DNA of 64,000 nt from Octopus vulgaris (lineage: Eukaryota). Every line of letters begins with the position of its first letter. The stretch's first letter is position 1. This document shows, piece by piece, positions 28,341 to 44,909 of the stretch. Under the pieces are notes generated by a model. The model did not search any database. It was not told the origin of the DNA and was given only the letters and a program-made list of their open reading frames with translations. The stretch is taken from positions 84,196,001 to 84,260,000 of the forward strand of contig OX597825.1 in assembly GCA_951406725.2 (NCBI GenBank), given 5' to 3'. Both the position numbers and the translations under genes were made by a program.

Positions 28341-30397
28341 GTGTGTATGTGTTTGTTTGTGTGTGTGTGTGTAAGTGGAGGGTTCCACACAGCGCAACCG
28401 TGAACCGTGACAGTTATAAACTTTGAGAAACTACAGATCGCCAATATTGTTCATTTCATAATGGGGTAATCGAAACATAAAAGGCAAAAATAGCTTTAAA
28501 TATATAATATTTTTTATTTCCAGTCAAAATAAGCGGAAGACGTTCCTTCTTCTCGCTATTCTTCATTTATATTGTTCATTACGTGGATCACGTAGGCCAA
28601 GTCTCTCCACATCCATAATTTTCCGGTGCCAGTATATGCTACTTCATTGAAACCTGCCAAAATTTGTAAAGAATTGTAATTTTCCTTCCTTTTATTTACG
28701 CTTCCCCTCCTCCTTCTTCTCCCCTCCCCTCCTAAGGTTAGTTCTCCAGTTAATTCCCAAGCAGAAGACACATCTTACAGCTTGCAGAACTGCCGGAGCT
28801 CTTAATTGCAGAGGCAAACTTTTCTACGGGCTTCACTACTGTTTCCGAATTCCCAGCTTTGTGCCAAAACCGAGTCTATTGTAAAAGATGCACACTCAAG
28901 GCGCATCGTACTGGGATTGATCCTGGTGCTTCTTGAATGCGAAGGGAGTCTCTAACCATTCGGCTGTATGGTTGTACATATAAAAATAAAGGATTTCGCT
29001 CATAATCCCAGAAGATCCGATCATCAACTAAATCCGATTGATCAACTAAACTACCAAGTTCATTGAATTAGCACGTCAGTGGCAGAGTGTAGGCCGGGTA
29101 TGTATACCCTTATTCTGTATGTTTTATGGAGATTCAGCTTGACGCAACAGAATCGAAACAAATATATCAATCGCGTAAAGTGAACCGCTTGACCATACGG
29201 CCATATTGCGCAGGTACACAGACACACACACATCATGTATTATGAAACCATGCTAGTTGATTATATGTTTACTTTTTTTCTTTGTATACTCACTAGTCTC
29301 AATTTATTTGCACAAGAAATTTCGTGGGTTGATGTAAGCCCGATTACCTCGGCCCCAGTGGTCATCTGGTACATTTTTTCACCGACACTCAAAGGACAAA
29401 ACGCAAAATCGAACTCGGAAATTAAAACCGAACGAAATACCGCTAAGCGCATTCTTGTTTCCATAAAATGCCTTTTAGCATCAACCAGACACCGAATCAT
29501 TGAAACAGCTGTAAAGATATGTATGCAACTTACACACACGCGCACACACACCTACACCCACACATATATATGTTATAACTCTTATCAAATGGCTTGCCGT
29601 TATCCATTATAGTGTGTCCATTTCCTGTGTCTTTTCTAGTCGCCCGAGCTCTGTATTTATCATATCCAGTATTTGCCTTTCGCTGCGGGAGAATTTCGAA
29701 TTCAGTAATCTGACTACTCTGAATATTCACTCCGTGTCTATCGGACGCTTATATTAGCATCTTGTCACCCACTATAAGCACAGGCACACACGTATATATG
29801 TATAGATATGTATATGATACACGCATGCATATCTATATCTATCCGCACAAAAATACACACACTCACACACACGCGTGTGCATATATATATATATATATAC
29901 ACAAAATACTCGTTAACGATTATATTAAATAAATCAACAGATGCATTACTAACTCACAAAGTAACTACGAATAACGATAAATACGATATGATAGCTAAAT
30001 ATATTTGCATATTAATACCAACTATATATTCAGATATGTTTCCATTGCATTTAGATATGTTATGTCTGGCTCAGTCGGAGAGGCTTGCTAGGCGGTCTCA
30101 CATCGTTGACGTTCGTTATGACCGATCATATAAACACAAACTGCTAACGTCACCTCATTCCACTGCCACCAACAGCACCACCACCACCGCTACCGCCACT
30201 ACCCCCACCATCGCCTCCACCACTGCCGACGCCGCTTACTCCGCCAGCCTCCATCACTACATGCGCCAACACCATCGCCACCATAATTATATGTATTTAT
30301 GTATATTAATATATATTTGCATATACATTATACATATATGAACATGCACACACAAACACATATATACAGACATATATATATATGTATATGTGAATAC

Positions 30398-30462
<65 letters not shown>

Positions 30463-31615
30463 CATACATATATACATACATATATACGTATATGTACATA
30501 TACAACATTCGACAACATACATACACGAATACATACATATACATACATACACCACAGACGCACACACACACATCACAATGTATGTTTACTTCCTAACTGC
30601 AAGAATATTGAATGAAAATATGTCCAATTAGATTATAACGCCATTCTTTGAGTCTATAGCAATATTCGTTGGACGAAATTTGCTTTAAATGCGACTTCCA
30701 TATAATCCAATATTTATGAGAATATTTAAAGAGATATGTGGAGAACAGCTTAGAATTTCATTGTAATAACAAAGATTTTCTCCAGCAAGTCTCCATTAGA
30801 GTTAATATATAAATTACAAGAAATGTATTTAAAATGTTAAGCAGACCTGATGTGGTTTGTGAGGTGTATACACGTATTCACAGGTTGAAGTTGGACACAG
30901 CTTAATAAGTTTTACAAGTACTTACGCTTCCTTGATAACACAATAGCAATAACAGAGGATAAGTATAAAATATGTCGGCCATAAATCGGTATTGTATGGC
31001 TGGAGACTGGCGCTGCGGATTGACCAAAAGAAATCTTTAATGTTCCTGATTAGCGCCTCCAAGCTGAATGGAATTTATGTCATTCGTAAAGAATTTTAAG
31101 CAAGAGAGTTTCGAAAATATCGTGCCGTCTCTTGCAAGAAGCTTAGATGTTGTTGGTCTTTCGCATAAATTCTTTACAAACATCTTTACAATATAGAGTA
31201 TTGTCTGTTTTAAGTTTACCCACACATCTGTGCGTACGCATGCGTAGAGTGACATATACTGACTGAATAGGTACATAGCTATATAGGCACGCACACAGAC
31301 AGCTAACCACAGCTTTTAAGTCAAATAATTTCATATGTACAAGTCAAAAATAAAGTTTAAATAACTGATGTTAATTATGTTCACCAGCTGAATGACTTCA
31401 TCGAAAGATTTTAGAATTTGCACTTATGAAATTTAAAAGAGATAACAGTTAACGATATATATATATATATATATATAAGACTTTTCCGATATATATATAT
31501 AAACTCTTTCACTTCCCCGAGCGTCAAAGTAATACACCTGCAAGTTGTATTATGTATGTCTGTCTATCTCTTTGTCTATCTATCTATGTATATCTCTCTC
31601 TCTCTCTCTCTCTCT

Positions 31616-31673
<58 letters not shown>

Positions 31674-33143
31674 TTATATATACATATATAAATGATGGTA
31701 TATATGTGTTCATAAATATATATGCCTATATGTATATAGACATATAATGCGTGTGTGTATGTGTGTGTGTGTGTGCGTATGGCGTGCAGTTATTTGTTGC
31801 TCTGTCTTTGACTTTGTATTATTCCTGGATGTATCCAGGAACTATTATGACCCCAGCAAAAGCAAATAACTGGAGTCTGGATAACGGAAATGAATCACAT
31901 CGCGAGTGTCTCTCCAATATCCAAGGAGATTGCTTCGAGTTGGTTTTCAACAATCGAACTCAAAGCATATCTCAGAAAAGCTCAGTGAAACCGCGCATCA
32001 ATGAATTTCAAACGTTAGATTTGTCAGCATCAGCATCAGTTACACCTCAGGCACAAAGTCCTCTCACAAATGTAAAGCAAACTGTTGTACAAATAGAAGT
32101 CCTCAGTATTTACAGTTTATTTGAAAGGCGCCGTTTACCGTAAGTTTGATCGGTTAAGGTTGACACGGTGCAGTGGAATAGCATCAAAGTGAAGCTCGGC
32201 GAAGCAAAGTAATGACACTAAAAACTGTATGTTGTTGCATAATTCTCAACTTACATTCAGATTTATGTAATTTGAGTATTTACGCACACATGCACGTGTA
32301 TAGGGATACATGATAAGCTGTTCGACACCAATAACATTAAAGTCTGCAGTTCCTGCCTTGATAACATCACTTTCCAGATCACAAACAGTAAAATTAAATT
32401 TCCAGCCCCTCCACACACACAGTGGCCCACATGTAACACCCGAAATCGTCAGAGATGTTCGCTGACAGCCTGTTATTTCCCAAAACAGTTAAAGCAGCAA
32501 TATGTATATAGAATCGAAAACAGTCGGGCGGTATTGACTGGAAATGCCTAAGATTCACAGCAAACATTCAAATGTTTTATATACATTTATATACATTTAC
32601 GTCAAAGAAAACGATACCTACATGTTCCTATTTATCTAAAATCTCAAGAGCCAAGAATAGGATCCTATTTCAATAACATGATGCAACGTCGAAATATGAT
32701 AGTTATATCATATTTCATTTCATTACCCCAATAGTGCAGGCTGTGTCTAGCAGAAAAGTCCCGATTATTAAAACAGACGGTGAAATCACTTGACCGGAAA
32801 GCTGAAATACTGTCGAGTTATTATCATCTTTTAGACAGTTACACACATTCGAAAACCTATGGACCTCAGATACAAAACCTAAAGGAAGCAAGTTCAACAA
32901 GCACCCGGAGTAACTGCTCATTGACATTGATCAAGCATCTGGAATGTTCTTTCCTTTCGACCTTAGTAGTATACTCCAGTAAACAAAGACTTATAGGGTC
33001 GCCCACATATTGAACCACGTGAGTTGCCTCGAATAATGAAGTCATATTTTGCGGATATTCCTCTGCTACTGTTCATTCGATTTTACACATTCCACGTGAA
33101 TGAAGCTTTCAGTAGCAAAAGGGTGTCAGCCATTGATGCGTTC

Positions 33144-33174
<31 letters not shown>

Positions 33175-34050
33175 ACACACACACACACATACACACACAC
33201 ACACATACACACATACTCACAACAACGCACGCATGCACATATATACAGGCACAAACATATTTTATGTCTTCATACCCTCGCTATACGAGTTTCACGCACC
33301 TGCGATTCTCAGGTGAATATTTTTGTCGGCATTAAAGTTTGGACGTAATACAAGGAAGTTTCTTTCTCCTCTGTGTTTGTGTTATGTAAGTGTGTGTGTG
33401 AGCGTGAGTGAGTGTGTGTGTGTGTGTGCGTGTGTGTGTGTGAGTTTGTGTGTGTGTGTGTGTATGTTTGTGTGTGTATGTGGTTACCGCTATAATTGAG
33501 AAGACTCGAAATATAAATTTGTGGATCAAGCAAACATTTAGTTGTCGCGTTTCACTCTACGATTTGTATATTGGTCTCTAAACTTTGGACATTTTTGCTA
33601 TTAAATTCATATTCACAGAGTTACTATTGTATCCGTTCATCTTGTACACAGTGGCTGTATTTCCTCTAGGTCTCAATTTCATAATTATTAAAACAGCTGG
33701 TGAAATCACTTGACTGGATTTCGTTAATATCGACAATAACAGTTCTAGCTAAAATGACTCTAGTCCTGGTCAGATGAAATTTTTGATAAATCATTAATTA
33801 GTCGTCTTAAGATATGTACACTATGTAAGATGGTCTTCAAAGTAAGGACAGCAAACTGACGTCATGGAGAGAAACAACACATTTATTGGCAGCGGATAGG
33901 AGCGAAACACAGTTGTATCGGTCCTAATTCTCGACAGGGGCTTCAGGTGATTCAACACTTAAAGATGGAAAACGAAGTTTTCTGATCGTCCACCGATCAC
34001 CGTCATAGTAATAAACATAATAATGATAATAATAAACATAAACATAATAC

Positions 34051-34081
<31 letters not shown>

Positions 34082-34108
34082 AATAATGATAATAATAATA
34101 ATGATAAT

Positions 34109-34183
<75 letters not shown>

Positions 34184-34916
34184 TGCTTGGAACGGTAAGA
34201 CATTTTCGCTGGGTTCTTTGCAGGGTTCTTGATCAGTAAATAAATCTATCGGCTTTGGACAGCTGACACTTTCTATCATACCCAACAAAATCAGCTGTGA
34301 GTTTGCATGAAATAATAATAATAACAACAACAGCAACAACAACAACAACAATAATAGTAGCAGAGAGCAATAGTAAATATACCATGATTATAAGTGACGT
34401 TAACAAAACAAAACTAAACATCGCAGGTCCAATATGAGAAAAACATTATCATGGAAATAAGAAAATTAAAACCAAATGAAAATTGCAAACACTTGGGCAA
34501 TATACAAAATAAACTGAAAAATCAATAATAAGTTTTGTAATAAAATACAGTTGTGTCAGGAAAATTATATTTTGAAATACTGGTGATTTTTTTCTCTCTT
34601 TTTGGGAATGGAACAAAAATCGAACTTCACCGAAAGCAAATAAAACAACAATAAAAAGAACCCAAAAAACGAAAATGGGGTAAAAGTTGAAAGAAATTGT
34701 AATTAGAGAAATAAGAATGGGGAACATAAGCAGCTGAGCAACTCTGTTTAAATAGCAAGCCAATGGATATATATATAAATATATACATATACCTATATAT
34801 ATATATATATATATACACAGACATATCTATATATATACATATATGACATATCTATATATATATATATATGTATATATGTATATATATATACATATATGTA
34901 TATATATAGATATGTC

Positions 34917-35007
<91 letters not shown>

Positions 35008-35347
35008 ATGTATGTAAATATGTATGTATGTAAGTATGGTATGTAGATGTGATTTACAACAAGCATGATTTTTGCATTTTGCATTCTGGGCGGTTTCTGG
35101 ATGTGATAGTTTGGCTGTAGAGCATTAGGGTTCTTTGAACCCGAGTTGATCAATGTAAACCGTACAGGGCACAGAAATGATTACGTAAACTTGAAGCAAA
35201 AGTCACTGGGTAGAAATTTCAATTAAATTGATAATAAATACAAATTTCAACAACTAAATATAATAGATGTATTCAGTTTTTCAATGATTCAACAGTTGAT
35301 TAGCATATTATATATACATATACATAAATACATATATACATATATAT

Positions 35348-35411
<64 letters not shown>

Positions 35412-35459
35412 GCATGTATATGTTTTTGCGTATATATGCATACATATATATGTGTATGC

Positions 35460-35496
<37 letters not shown>

Positions 35497-36565
35497 CATA
35501 TATGTATGTATCATATACCTGTGTGTATGTATAAATGTGTTTGTGACAAGTGCGTTGTGTGAAACCAGGATATGGATAAAAATCTCCAGTTAACACATAA
35601 AAAGAATGCTTCTAGACCCAACACTCTTCCACCATCATCGTGTATCTGTCGACTTCATGTTTTAGTACTAAACATAATCCAACAATATATATATACATAT
35701 ATATATTATAGTTACATATATATATGTATGTATGTATAGATAAACAGGTATATGTATGCCTATATATATGTGTATATATATATATATATAAGTATATATA
35801 TATATATATATATATATATACGCACACACACATATGTATACGTATTATATGCATGTAGACAAGTAGATGCTCGTAAATAGATACATTCAATAGACAGTAT
35901 CACAAAGATTAATATATACAGTGGTACTATGTTTTCTATTAAATAGTAATTTGATTGTAAATTCACAATCCATTTGAATGCAAAATGGTTTTCCTCAATA
36001 TACAGCGCACCATTATTATCATCTTCATGATTACCATCGTTGCCATAAACAACATTATCATCACAGTAATCATTATTTTCGTCGGCATCGGTATGATCAA
36101 CAGTCGGCTTGTTCACAATCATTGTCATAACAACATCACCATTATCATCCTCATCAGTAAATTCGTCTTTCACATTTTTTTTTATCTGAATATGAATTTT
36201 TTCATTTGTTTTATTGAATGTCTGTAGATTTTTCTCTTTTGCTGTAAATTGTTTTTGTTTTAGGAATCGTTGCCTTCTTGTTCCTCTTCCTTTTCCTCAA
36301 CTTCATCACATTACTAATCGTTGTCATCGTCTTCTTCATCAACGCCACCGTCCTCTTCATTGTCGTCATCGTCGGTCCATTTCGTAATCACCATTAACAC
36401 GATTATAATGACCATTGCAATTAGTATTTCAATAAAGCTTTTCATTAATAATTTCCTTATTATCTTTATCCGTGTTAGCATTTGGCATTATTTCCATAAT
36501 TGCCATGTTTGCGATTCATATTAATAATGATTATTTTCCTCATAGCAGCATTTTTGAAAAGTACA

Positions 36566-36601
<36 letters not shown>

Positions 36602-36663
36602 TGTATGTATGTATGTATGTATGTATGTATGTAGGTATGTCTGTATGTATGTATGCATGTATG

Positions 36664-36707
<44 letters not shown>

Positions 36708-36724
36708 TACACACATATATATCC

Positions 36725-36795
<71 letters not shown>

Positions 36796-37196
36796 TATAT
36801 ATATGGATATATGCATGTGTGTCTGTATAATCAACATAGGGTTTGTTTCTTGCTGCTATTTGTACTTTTTTATTCATCAAATTGTTAAATCCAAACGGAC
36901 ACATATCTGATAATTCTTTTCCTTTTTATATTTTTTTTACACACGGTCTCTTTCTTTGTAAATTTCACAACCATGTTTAATTTTTTTGTTCGTGTGTCAA
37001 TAACTAACACATCAATGAGCATAGAAAGCGACTCTTCAATAAACGAGATTCTGTAAGAGATTTTTGATACTAAGAAGCAACAGTAGTAGCAGTAGCAAGC
37101 GGAATCAGAGAACCTAAAGAAATTTATTGACATATTTTTATCCTTGCCTTTTTGTCATAAAACTGTTTTTGTTACGTAAGCTACAAGTTTTGTGCA

Positions 37197-37267
<71 letters not shown>

Positions 37268-37281
37268 AACACATATAAAGG

Positions 37282-37323
<42 letters not shown>

Positions 37324-38308
37324 CATATTTATATATGTCTGCATATAAGTGACCGGCATGTACATAGGAAGATAAAAAATTTGGCATATTAAAAGAAAAC
37401 AAGTATGTCTAAATTTGCAAATATATTCCTATATTCTTGTCTTTGAAATGGTCATTGAGTGGAGTTATTCTGAAGTTACGCATTACAGCAGTTAAAAATT
37501 TCGTTTCGCTCGAGTTTTGTTGGGTTACCTATTGTGTTCTCTCTCTCTCACTCACACTTTCTCTTACTCACACACATACAGGCACAGACACACAAGCGCA
37601 CATATTCACGCACAAACACTTACATACACATATACACACACATTATTATTTTATCGTCTGCTTTATTCAATTCGGCTGTTCTTATTTTTTTTTCTTTTCC
37701 TAATTTCATAACGTCAATGAGCGGCTTGGTTGGTAGTGTGCGACGAAAGACTTTTTTATACTTTGAAGTGTAAAACATATATGGGAAGTAGAAAATTCAA
37801 TAATATGTGTATATGTCTACGAGCGTATAAATATATACATGTGTGTATTTCTATGTATGCGTGAGAGTTTAATAAAATGCCAATATTATTTGGCTCTTAT
37901 ATATTAAAAAAATATTACGATTAACTCAGCAATTTCCAGCGAGGTCTGCTCGGTATTATTCAATGGCAGAGCAGATATTAGTTATCATATTATTTATTAT
38001 TCTATTTATTGTTATTCATTCTTATAGTTCAGCAAGACGATGTCTTTTCGAGTAGAATATTCCACCAGAGAAGAAGAATTTGGTCTAGCAAACAAATTAT
38101 TTCTATTATGTATGCTTAAGCTTCGTCGTCTTTAACAGACACTAAATAAAATGATGAAAATAATAATGGCGGAAAATTTATTATGATAACTTCTAAAGCA
38201 ACGTTTGCTAGTTTCCTTCCATCTTCCTCTCAGTTGATCATCCTTCTGTTTATTTTAGTCTGCTTACACGGATTGTTATTAAGTACAGATAAATGAGGGT
38301 ATATATGC

Positions 38309-38359
<51 letters not shown>

Positions 38360-38408
38360 TATATGTGTATGTCTGTGCATATATACATAATATATATTCA
38401 TTATGTCC

Positions 38409-38462
<54 letters not shown>

Positions 38463-40967
38463 GCACACAGATACAAATTGGTAATTGGAAAAAATAACGA
38501 TGTCCTTTGTAAATTATTCGACGCATTTTAGTAATGTTTTTGTTCCGTTGAGTTTATTCTGACTCGTAGTATTTTTTAACCACTAATTTAACTTTACAAT
38601 CTACATAAATTTCTATATTGTTTTTACTTGCGCTTAAATATTGGTAACACTTATTTAGAACTTATTTAGGAAAGAATAATTATTTCTGCTACAAGAATAT
38701 AAAATTTAATATGAAGCACTGAATAGAAAGCAACAACACGTGATCATATGTATGATTGTATACATGTGTGTAAGCTTCTATGTGTATCTGTATATGTATA
38801 TGATTTCTTATGCAAAGATTGGATTTGATTATTAAGACCGTAGATGATTAGTTTTAATGGGTATGTTAACTGACTTATATCTACGTGCAAGCATAACGAT
38901 CAAAATTTTCGCTGGTAGAATCGTCATGAATTCCCCTAATATACAATAGATAATTTAGAAACCAACTATATTTCTGTCCAGATGATGAAGGTGTGAAAAT
39001 CTAAAAACTCAGATAATAATTCCAAACAAACTGTAAAATAGCGAGTAGAAATCAATGTTATTAAATAACATATAAAATTAATGTTAGATAATATTATGAA
39101 ATAATATCAGTTTCACCCAGTGGTCAGAATACTTAAAAATATCCGAGGACCGTGAATTCTATTTCAATATAAACAATATGAGAGATCACTATGTAGATAC
39201 TTTGTATGCTAAAAACAGACGTCAAACCATCTTACCACTAAATCTGTGTTCTCAACGTCTATTTTTAGCCTACAAGGGAACCAGAGAGTGATCTGCCATA
39301 TTGTTTAAATTTAAACTGTAAAATCGTTTATGAAAATAGGGTAATGGTAGAATATAATCGTATTTTTCACAAACACACCACAAACACACATTTTTGCGCA
39401 CGCATACACACACGTATATATATATGTGTGTGTATGAGTGTGTGTGTGTGTGTGTTTGTGTGTGTGTCTGTGTTTGTGTGTATGTCTGTGTGTATGTGTA
39501 TATATTTATATGTCAGTGGAGTTTATAAGTATATTGTGGTTACTGTGTATGTTTCCTGTCGGTATATTTTTGTACAGTAGTGTATTAGGAACATGTGATC
39601 TATCAATCTCTCTGTCCATTCCCGCCTCTCTCTCTCTATCTCTATCTTTGTTTGTGTGTCTGTCTGACTGTGTGTCTATCTCACTCTATCACACACAAAT
39701 CTGTTTGCAGAGAAAGGGAGAGTGAATGAGAAAAGGAATGTGTTTGGCAGGGGAAAAGAGAAAGGGAGTTAATTTCATAATTAGTTGATTGTGATATCGT
39801 TTAGAACTACAAAAGACAAGGATGATACACCCGCAGAAAACAAAGAGAATACAAAACTCAACAACTACTGAAATCGTTATATATATATATATATATATAC
39901 TGAAATATATATATATATTGACGTAATGTACCACGTTCTTGACAAAGCACCAAATTTGAAAGTTGAAATCTTATAATTCACGGCAAACTAAGTTGTATAA
40001 GCATTATTAAATCTCAGAATGAGATGTAAACAGTAATCGCTCGATAATGTAAAGTATAGAAGCCATCTTAATATGTATAATTGTATAAATTATTTGGAAA
40101 AAAGTTGTACTTGCTATTTCGAAGTGCAAACCCGTTCTATTAATAGCATATTTGTATCTTAGGTTTACATTGGATCGGATTTAACTTAGTGGTAGATAGT
40201 TAGTGTGTTCGATAACATGTTCGATCAGGTATTGTTTTATGGGGTTTGATTTAGCTTCCAAACGAAGCAGAACTTGATGCAGGCATGTTTCGCTTTACAG
40301 AAAATATTTACTTCCTGCCAACCATTCAGAGACTTTCGATGAAACAGAGAAGACGTCACAGACAGGACGACATACAAAAGTGACGTAATAATTTGAACGT
40401 ATGCAAATGAAACTGGATATGTGTGTGTGTATGTGTGTGTGTGAGTATGTGTGTGTGTGTGTGTGTGTGTGTGTTCAATGCAACAACAATGAAATCTATT
40501 TCTTAATCAGCTGGAAGCATTCCACATAGAGATGTAGGTACCCTACATTGCATTCACTTGCCGCTAGCACAGTTACTGCAGTGAGTGCATCATCATCATC
40601 ATCATCATCATCACCAACACCACTGCCGTCGTCATCGTCATCGTCAGCAACAGCAGGAGCCGTAGTAGAACGGTTGTGTCGTCGAACGTAAGAGCAGGTT
40701 TGGAAGTTTGCCAGGAGTGATAGGAAGGCTATGATTTAATGTAAATTCTGTTTGTTTTAATTTTGGTGTGTGTGTTGAGGAGTGGGGTAAGTCTTAGTTG
40801 TATTAAACATGTGACAAAAACTTACGTAATAAATTTGTAAAAAGCACGCATGCGCACACTAACACATTACACGGAATTACTATATATCATAATGTGAGCG
40901 TTTTATATATACATAATACATACGTGCACGCATATACATACACATATATACAGATAGATATATGTGT

Positions 40968-41018
<51 letters not shown>

Positions 41019-41251
41019 TGTATATATGTATATATAGATATGTACCTATGTATATATACATGTATGTTGTATATATATATACATATGAATATATGTATGC
41101 GTGCTTTTATATATGTATATTATATATATATATATATATTCGGAGTTTTATCATGGTTACCGAATAATTTTCACATATATTTACAGATAAATTCCTCTAT
41201 CTACATAATACCGAGGTGTCTTTCATTCTTCTGTTGTCTTGCAATTTCTAT

Positions 41252-41288
<37 letters not shown>

Positions 41289-44200
41289 TGTATATTTGGT
41301 GTAAACGTGGGACAGAATGAACATCGATGACTATTTATATGAAAAAAATTAAGTCTACTCGAGTTTGGGAACATTTTCTTGCTATGGCGTTAACTAGTAT
41401 ACTTAGGCTAATGTATATTTACTTACGTTGCCAGATAGACATCAATTTGTAGTCGATTCTAGTTTGTGCTTCTCTAATCGACCACGAAATGTTGTACAGA
41501 TAATGGAACGTGACACAGAGGATTTGCGTACGGAAACGCGCAACTCATTCTAATTTTGATAAAGTTTATTGTCATTCCTAACGGAGGTTGTTCATTACTC
41601 ATGAGACCTCTGATATTTCGAAAGAGCTATGAGGTTGTGGTATTCATGCCATTCTAATATATGGTAAGAGAGAAATGGTGGAATAGAAGTGAAAATGGTT
41701 TCAATCTTGATTCAGCCCGGATTCTGGATTAGGGATTAAAACCGAGTTAGTGACAAATTCCCTGCAGGTAATCTGTTTTAATCTTAACTGTGATGGATGT
41801 CAGGGATGGGAATGGCTGATTATATAGCAGTTGCGTTTTAGAAACGTACAAGGCTTTATGATTTGATTGGGATTATTCGTAGGAAATAGAAAGTTAATTC
41901 TATGGGAAATAGCAACAGATATTGAACTGCTAAAGCAGAGAAAGAGAGAGAGGGAGAAAAAGAGAGAGAGAGAGAGGGACAGAGAAACGAGACAGGGAGA
42001 GACAAACGGGAAGACAGAGATAATGAAAAGTAGTGTATGGAGGCATATGTGTAAGATAACGAGGAGAGAAATCAGGCAAGAGGAAGATCATTTTCTTGAT
42101 TGCTGAATTTAGAAGCATAAGTTTATCAAAGTGCGTATGTGGTTTACAAACGCAAATGCTCACACACACAAGCAGACCGATACACACATGCGCAGAACCA
42201 CAAACACTTAATTCAAATCTTCCGCCATAACATGATTGTCGATATCACAGAATAAATAACATCAATGAATCTATTAAATATATGGAACTATGCTACATTC
42301 ATTCCATGAAAATTCTAGATTAATATATTCCAGTTCACAACATTATATAGAAGTCCTGATCTTTTTAAAGATTGAATTTCAAAGCTATGCTGAAACAATC
42401 ATGTCCTGAATCACTAGACTTTTATCGCTGAATTGTTACAGTGAAGTCAATCAACGGTGTTCTGTTAATACCCGGAACAACATAATATTTTACACAATAT
42501 TATTCTAAAGTAAAACAAAAAATGTTAATAGAATTTGAGAATGGATGTTTAGAAATTTAGATCCGTTGTGGAGTTAAGAATGTGTTTATTTCATATTATT
42601 GGTCTGAGCGACCAATAATATGCCTTACGTTTAATGCTGCAAAGAAATATAATTCTAAAATCAAAACCTAGGAATGAGTAGAGTGGAAGCATATACCGTT
42701 TCTCTTGGTGTTATGTGAATGAGAAAATATTCGTTCCTTCTCATAGGAACTGGCAAAGTTTCCAGCAAAGTTTTATAAACGAATCTATTGTTTTCTTCCA
42801 AGCATCCATTATTTACACCAATAGGAATATGTTTGAATATATTTTCAGTATTCTTCTGAAAATTCATTGAAACATAATAAAGAATAATGGTTAAAATTAT
42901 TTAGAATAATTTTTGCTGTTGAGCTGATCCGGGTACAGGTGATTAAGCATATCTTTTAATTGGAGATAGTTCATCAAATGTCTACGGGAGAATACATCGA
43001 TACAAGTGACTGCATAAACAGAATTAACACGTAGAGTGTCTATGTGTGCGTGCGTGTATATGTGTGTACGTGCATGTGTGCGTGCGTGCATGTAATGCCG
43101 CTATTTGAATAATGTCCTAAGTTTGACCATTACTCCATCTTTATTGTGAAGCATTCTGTCGACAAATTAGGAATTTGGTCCACGTTTTCAAACTATTGAA
43201 ATTTCGTTGAGAGAAATGTGGTTTCATTATTAAATAGAACAAGAGATTACATTTACACTATTTCAAGGAATTCTCACTCAGGGAATAAATTGATAATTAA
43301 AAACATATAATTATCATTGTGCTAACAGAATTATGCTAAGTACTGGGTTAGAAAGCAAATATTTTCAGTCTAGGATTCCAAATTTTAAGCTAGAAAAGCT
43401 ATTTTGCAAAGTATATAACGCTTTGTAGCATTTTTATAAAAGTGAAGTTAAACAAATATTTCAGTAAAAACAAGCCAACAGTTCCCAGGGGTAACATAAC
43501 TTCGACAATTTTTTTCTCTTCATATTTCTTATTAAGTGGAGAATCGTTAGAGCCAGTTATATTATATTGTTTTGCAAATGATTGAAATAAATGAACAAAA
43601 AATATAGAATGCCATTACGTTATTTTAGAATTCACAGCTACACACGTCTCTATCTTTGTATTTATACAATTAGAGCACAATGCGTATCCTATCGTGTTTA
43701 TCATGAACATAATCAAATCGAGTTATATTCATGTGAAAGCCTCTGAAAACTTACATATATAAATCTACTCACACGTTTATGTAGAAAAAATATCCATATA
43801 GACACTGCGACAGCGTCCCCTCAGTATATATATATATATATGCATAATGTTTTATGCTGAGTATTGGAATACCATATAATTTCAGTGAAGCTATTTTTGT
43901 ATCAAGAGAACTGTGGAACTAGGCATCGAATCATGAATGGCTAGATTGCTTTTAACTCTTCCCACATTTACTACAGCTTAAATAAATGAAAAAAATAGAG
44001 TTCTATAAATGTTTTATATATTATCTAGCATGTAGATGTGTGATGTATGTAAAACATCCATATATCGCATAACAACAAACTAACGTTTAAATATTTTAAT
44101 TTCAAGATGGCTACTAACACTATTTTCGTCAACCTGCTTTCGTTTCGAAACAAGAAATATTAGTATTTTGCTTTTGATTTTCAAATATTACAATTATACT

Positions 44201-44909
44201 CCTTACTTTAATAATTTAGTGATAATAGTATTATATTAGTTTTAAAACTTTTACTTTCACAAAAGTTTAAAACTAACTTATTAGAAACGCCTATTCAAAT
44301 ATCGCTCATAGCTATGCAAATATTTTTATATATTTTTACAAGCTTGCATTTACTAAATAAGGATATACAAGAGTATTATTACTTATTAGAAGAGTGTTTT
44401 CAAAATTCGCAATACATCCTGGAATTCTTAATTTATTTTGTCACAATCTATATCTTAACATTCTGACAAAATTACAAGAATTTTTGAAATGTGTTTTCCT
44501 GTCTAAATTATTATCTGTTATCCATATTTTCTATATTCTCTTGGAATGTTTTGAGATTAGATATACATTCTATATTCATAGATACATACTGAAGTTTTGT
44601 TTCTATTCGTAAAATAATTTATTTTGTAGGTCTGGGAATTAGAAAATAAACAAATGAAGAAACAAGCAGAATGGAAGATACAACTAAAATTCTTTCGAAA
44701 ACCAAAAATATTTTCGATATTTCTACCTGCTACCACTTATTTCTTCTGAAATCAATATGTCTGACAGCAACTCTATTGATGTTTTTTGTCTATTCCTTAC
44801 CCCTACAGCTTCCTGTTGCTTCGTCCCTAACTCTCTCTCTATTGGTATTTTTATGTTTATCGCTTAGACCAACTGCTTCCTGTTGCTTCCCCCTCCAACT
44901 CTCTCTATC

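Noticed and set aside
31751-32143. 130-aa ORF in non-repetitive sequence
   Set aside because: No motif or convincing splice structure; starts inside a (GT)n tract.
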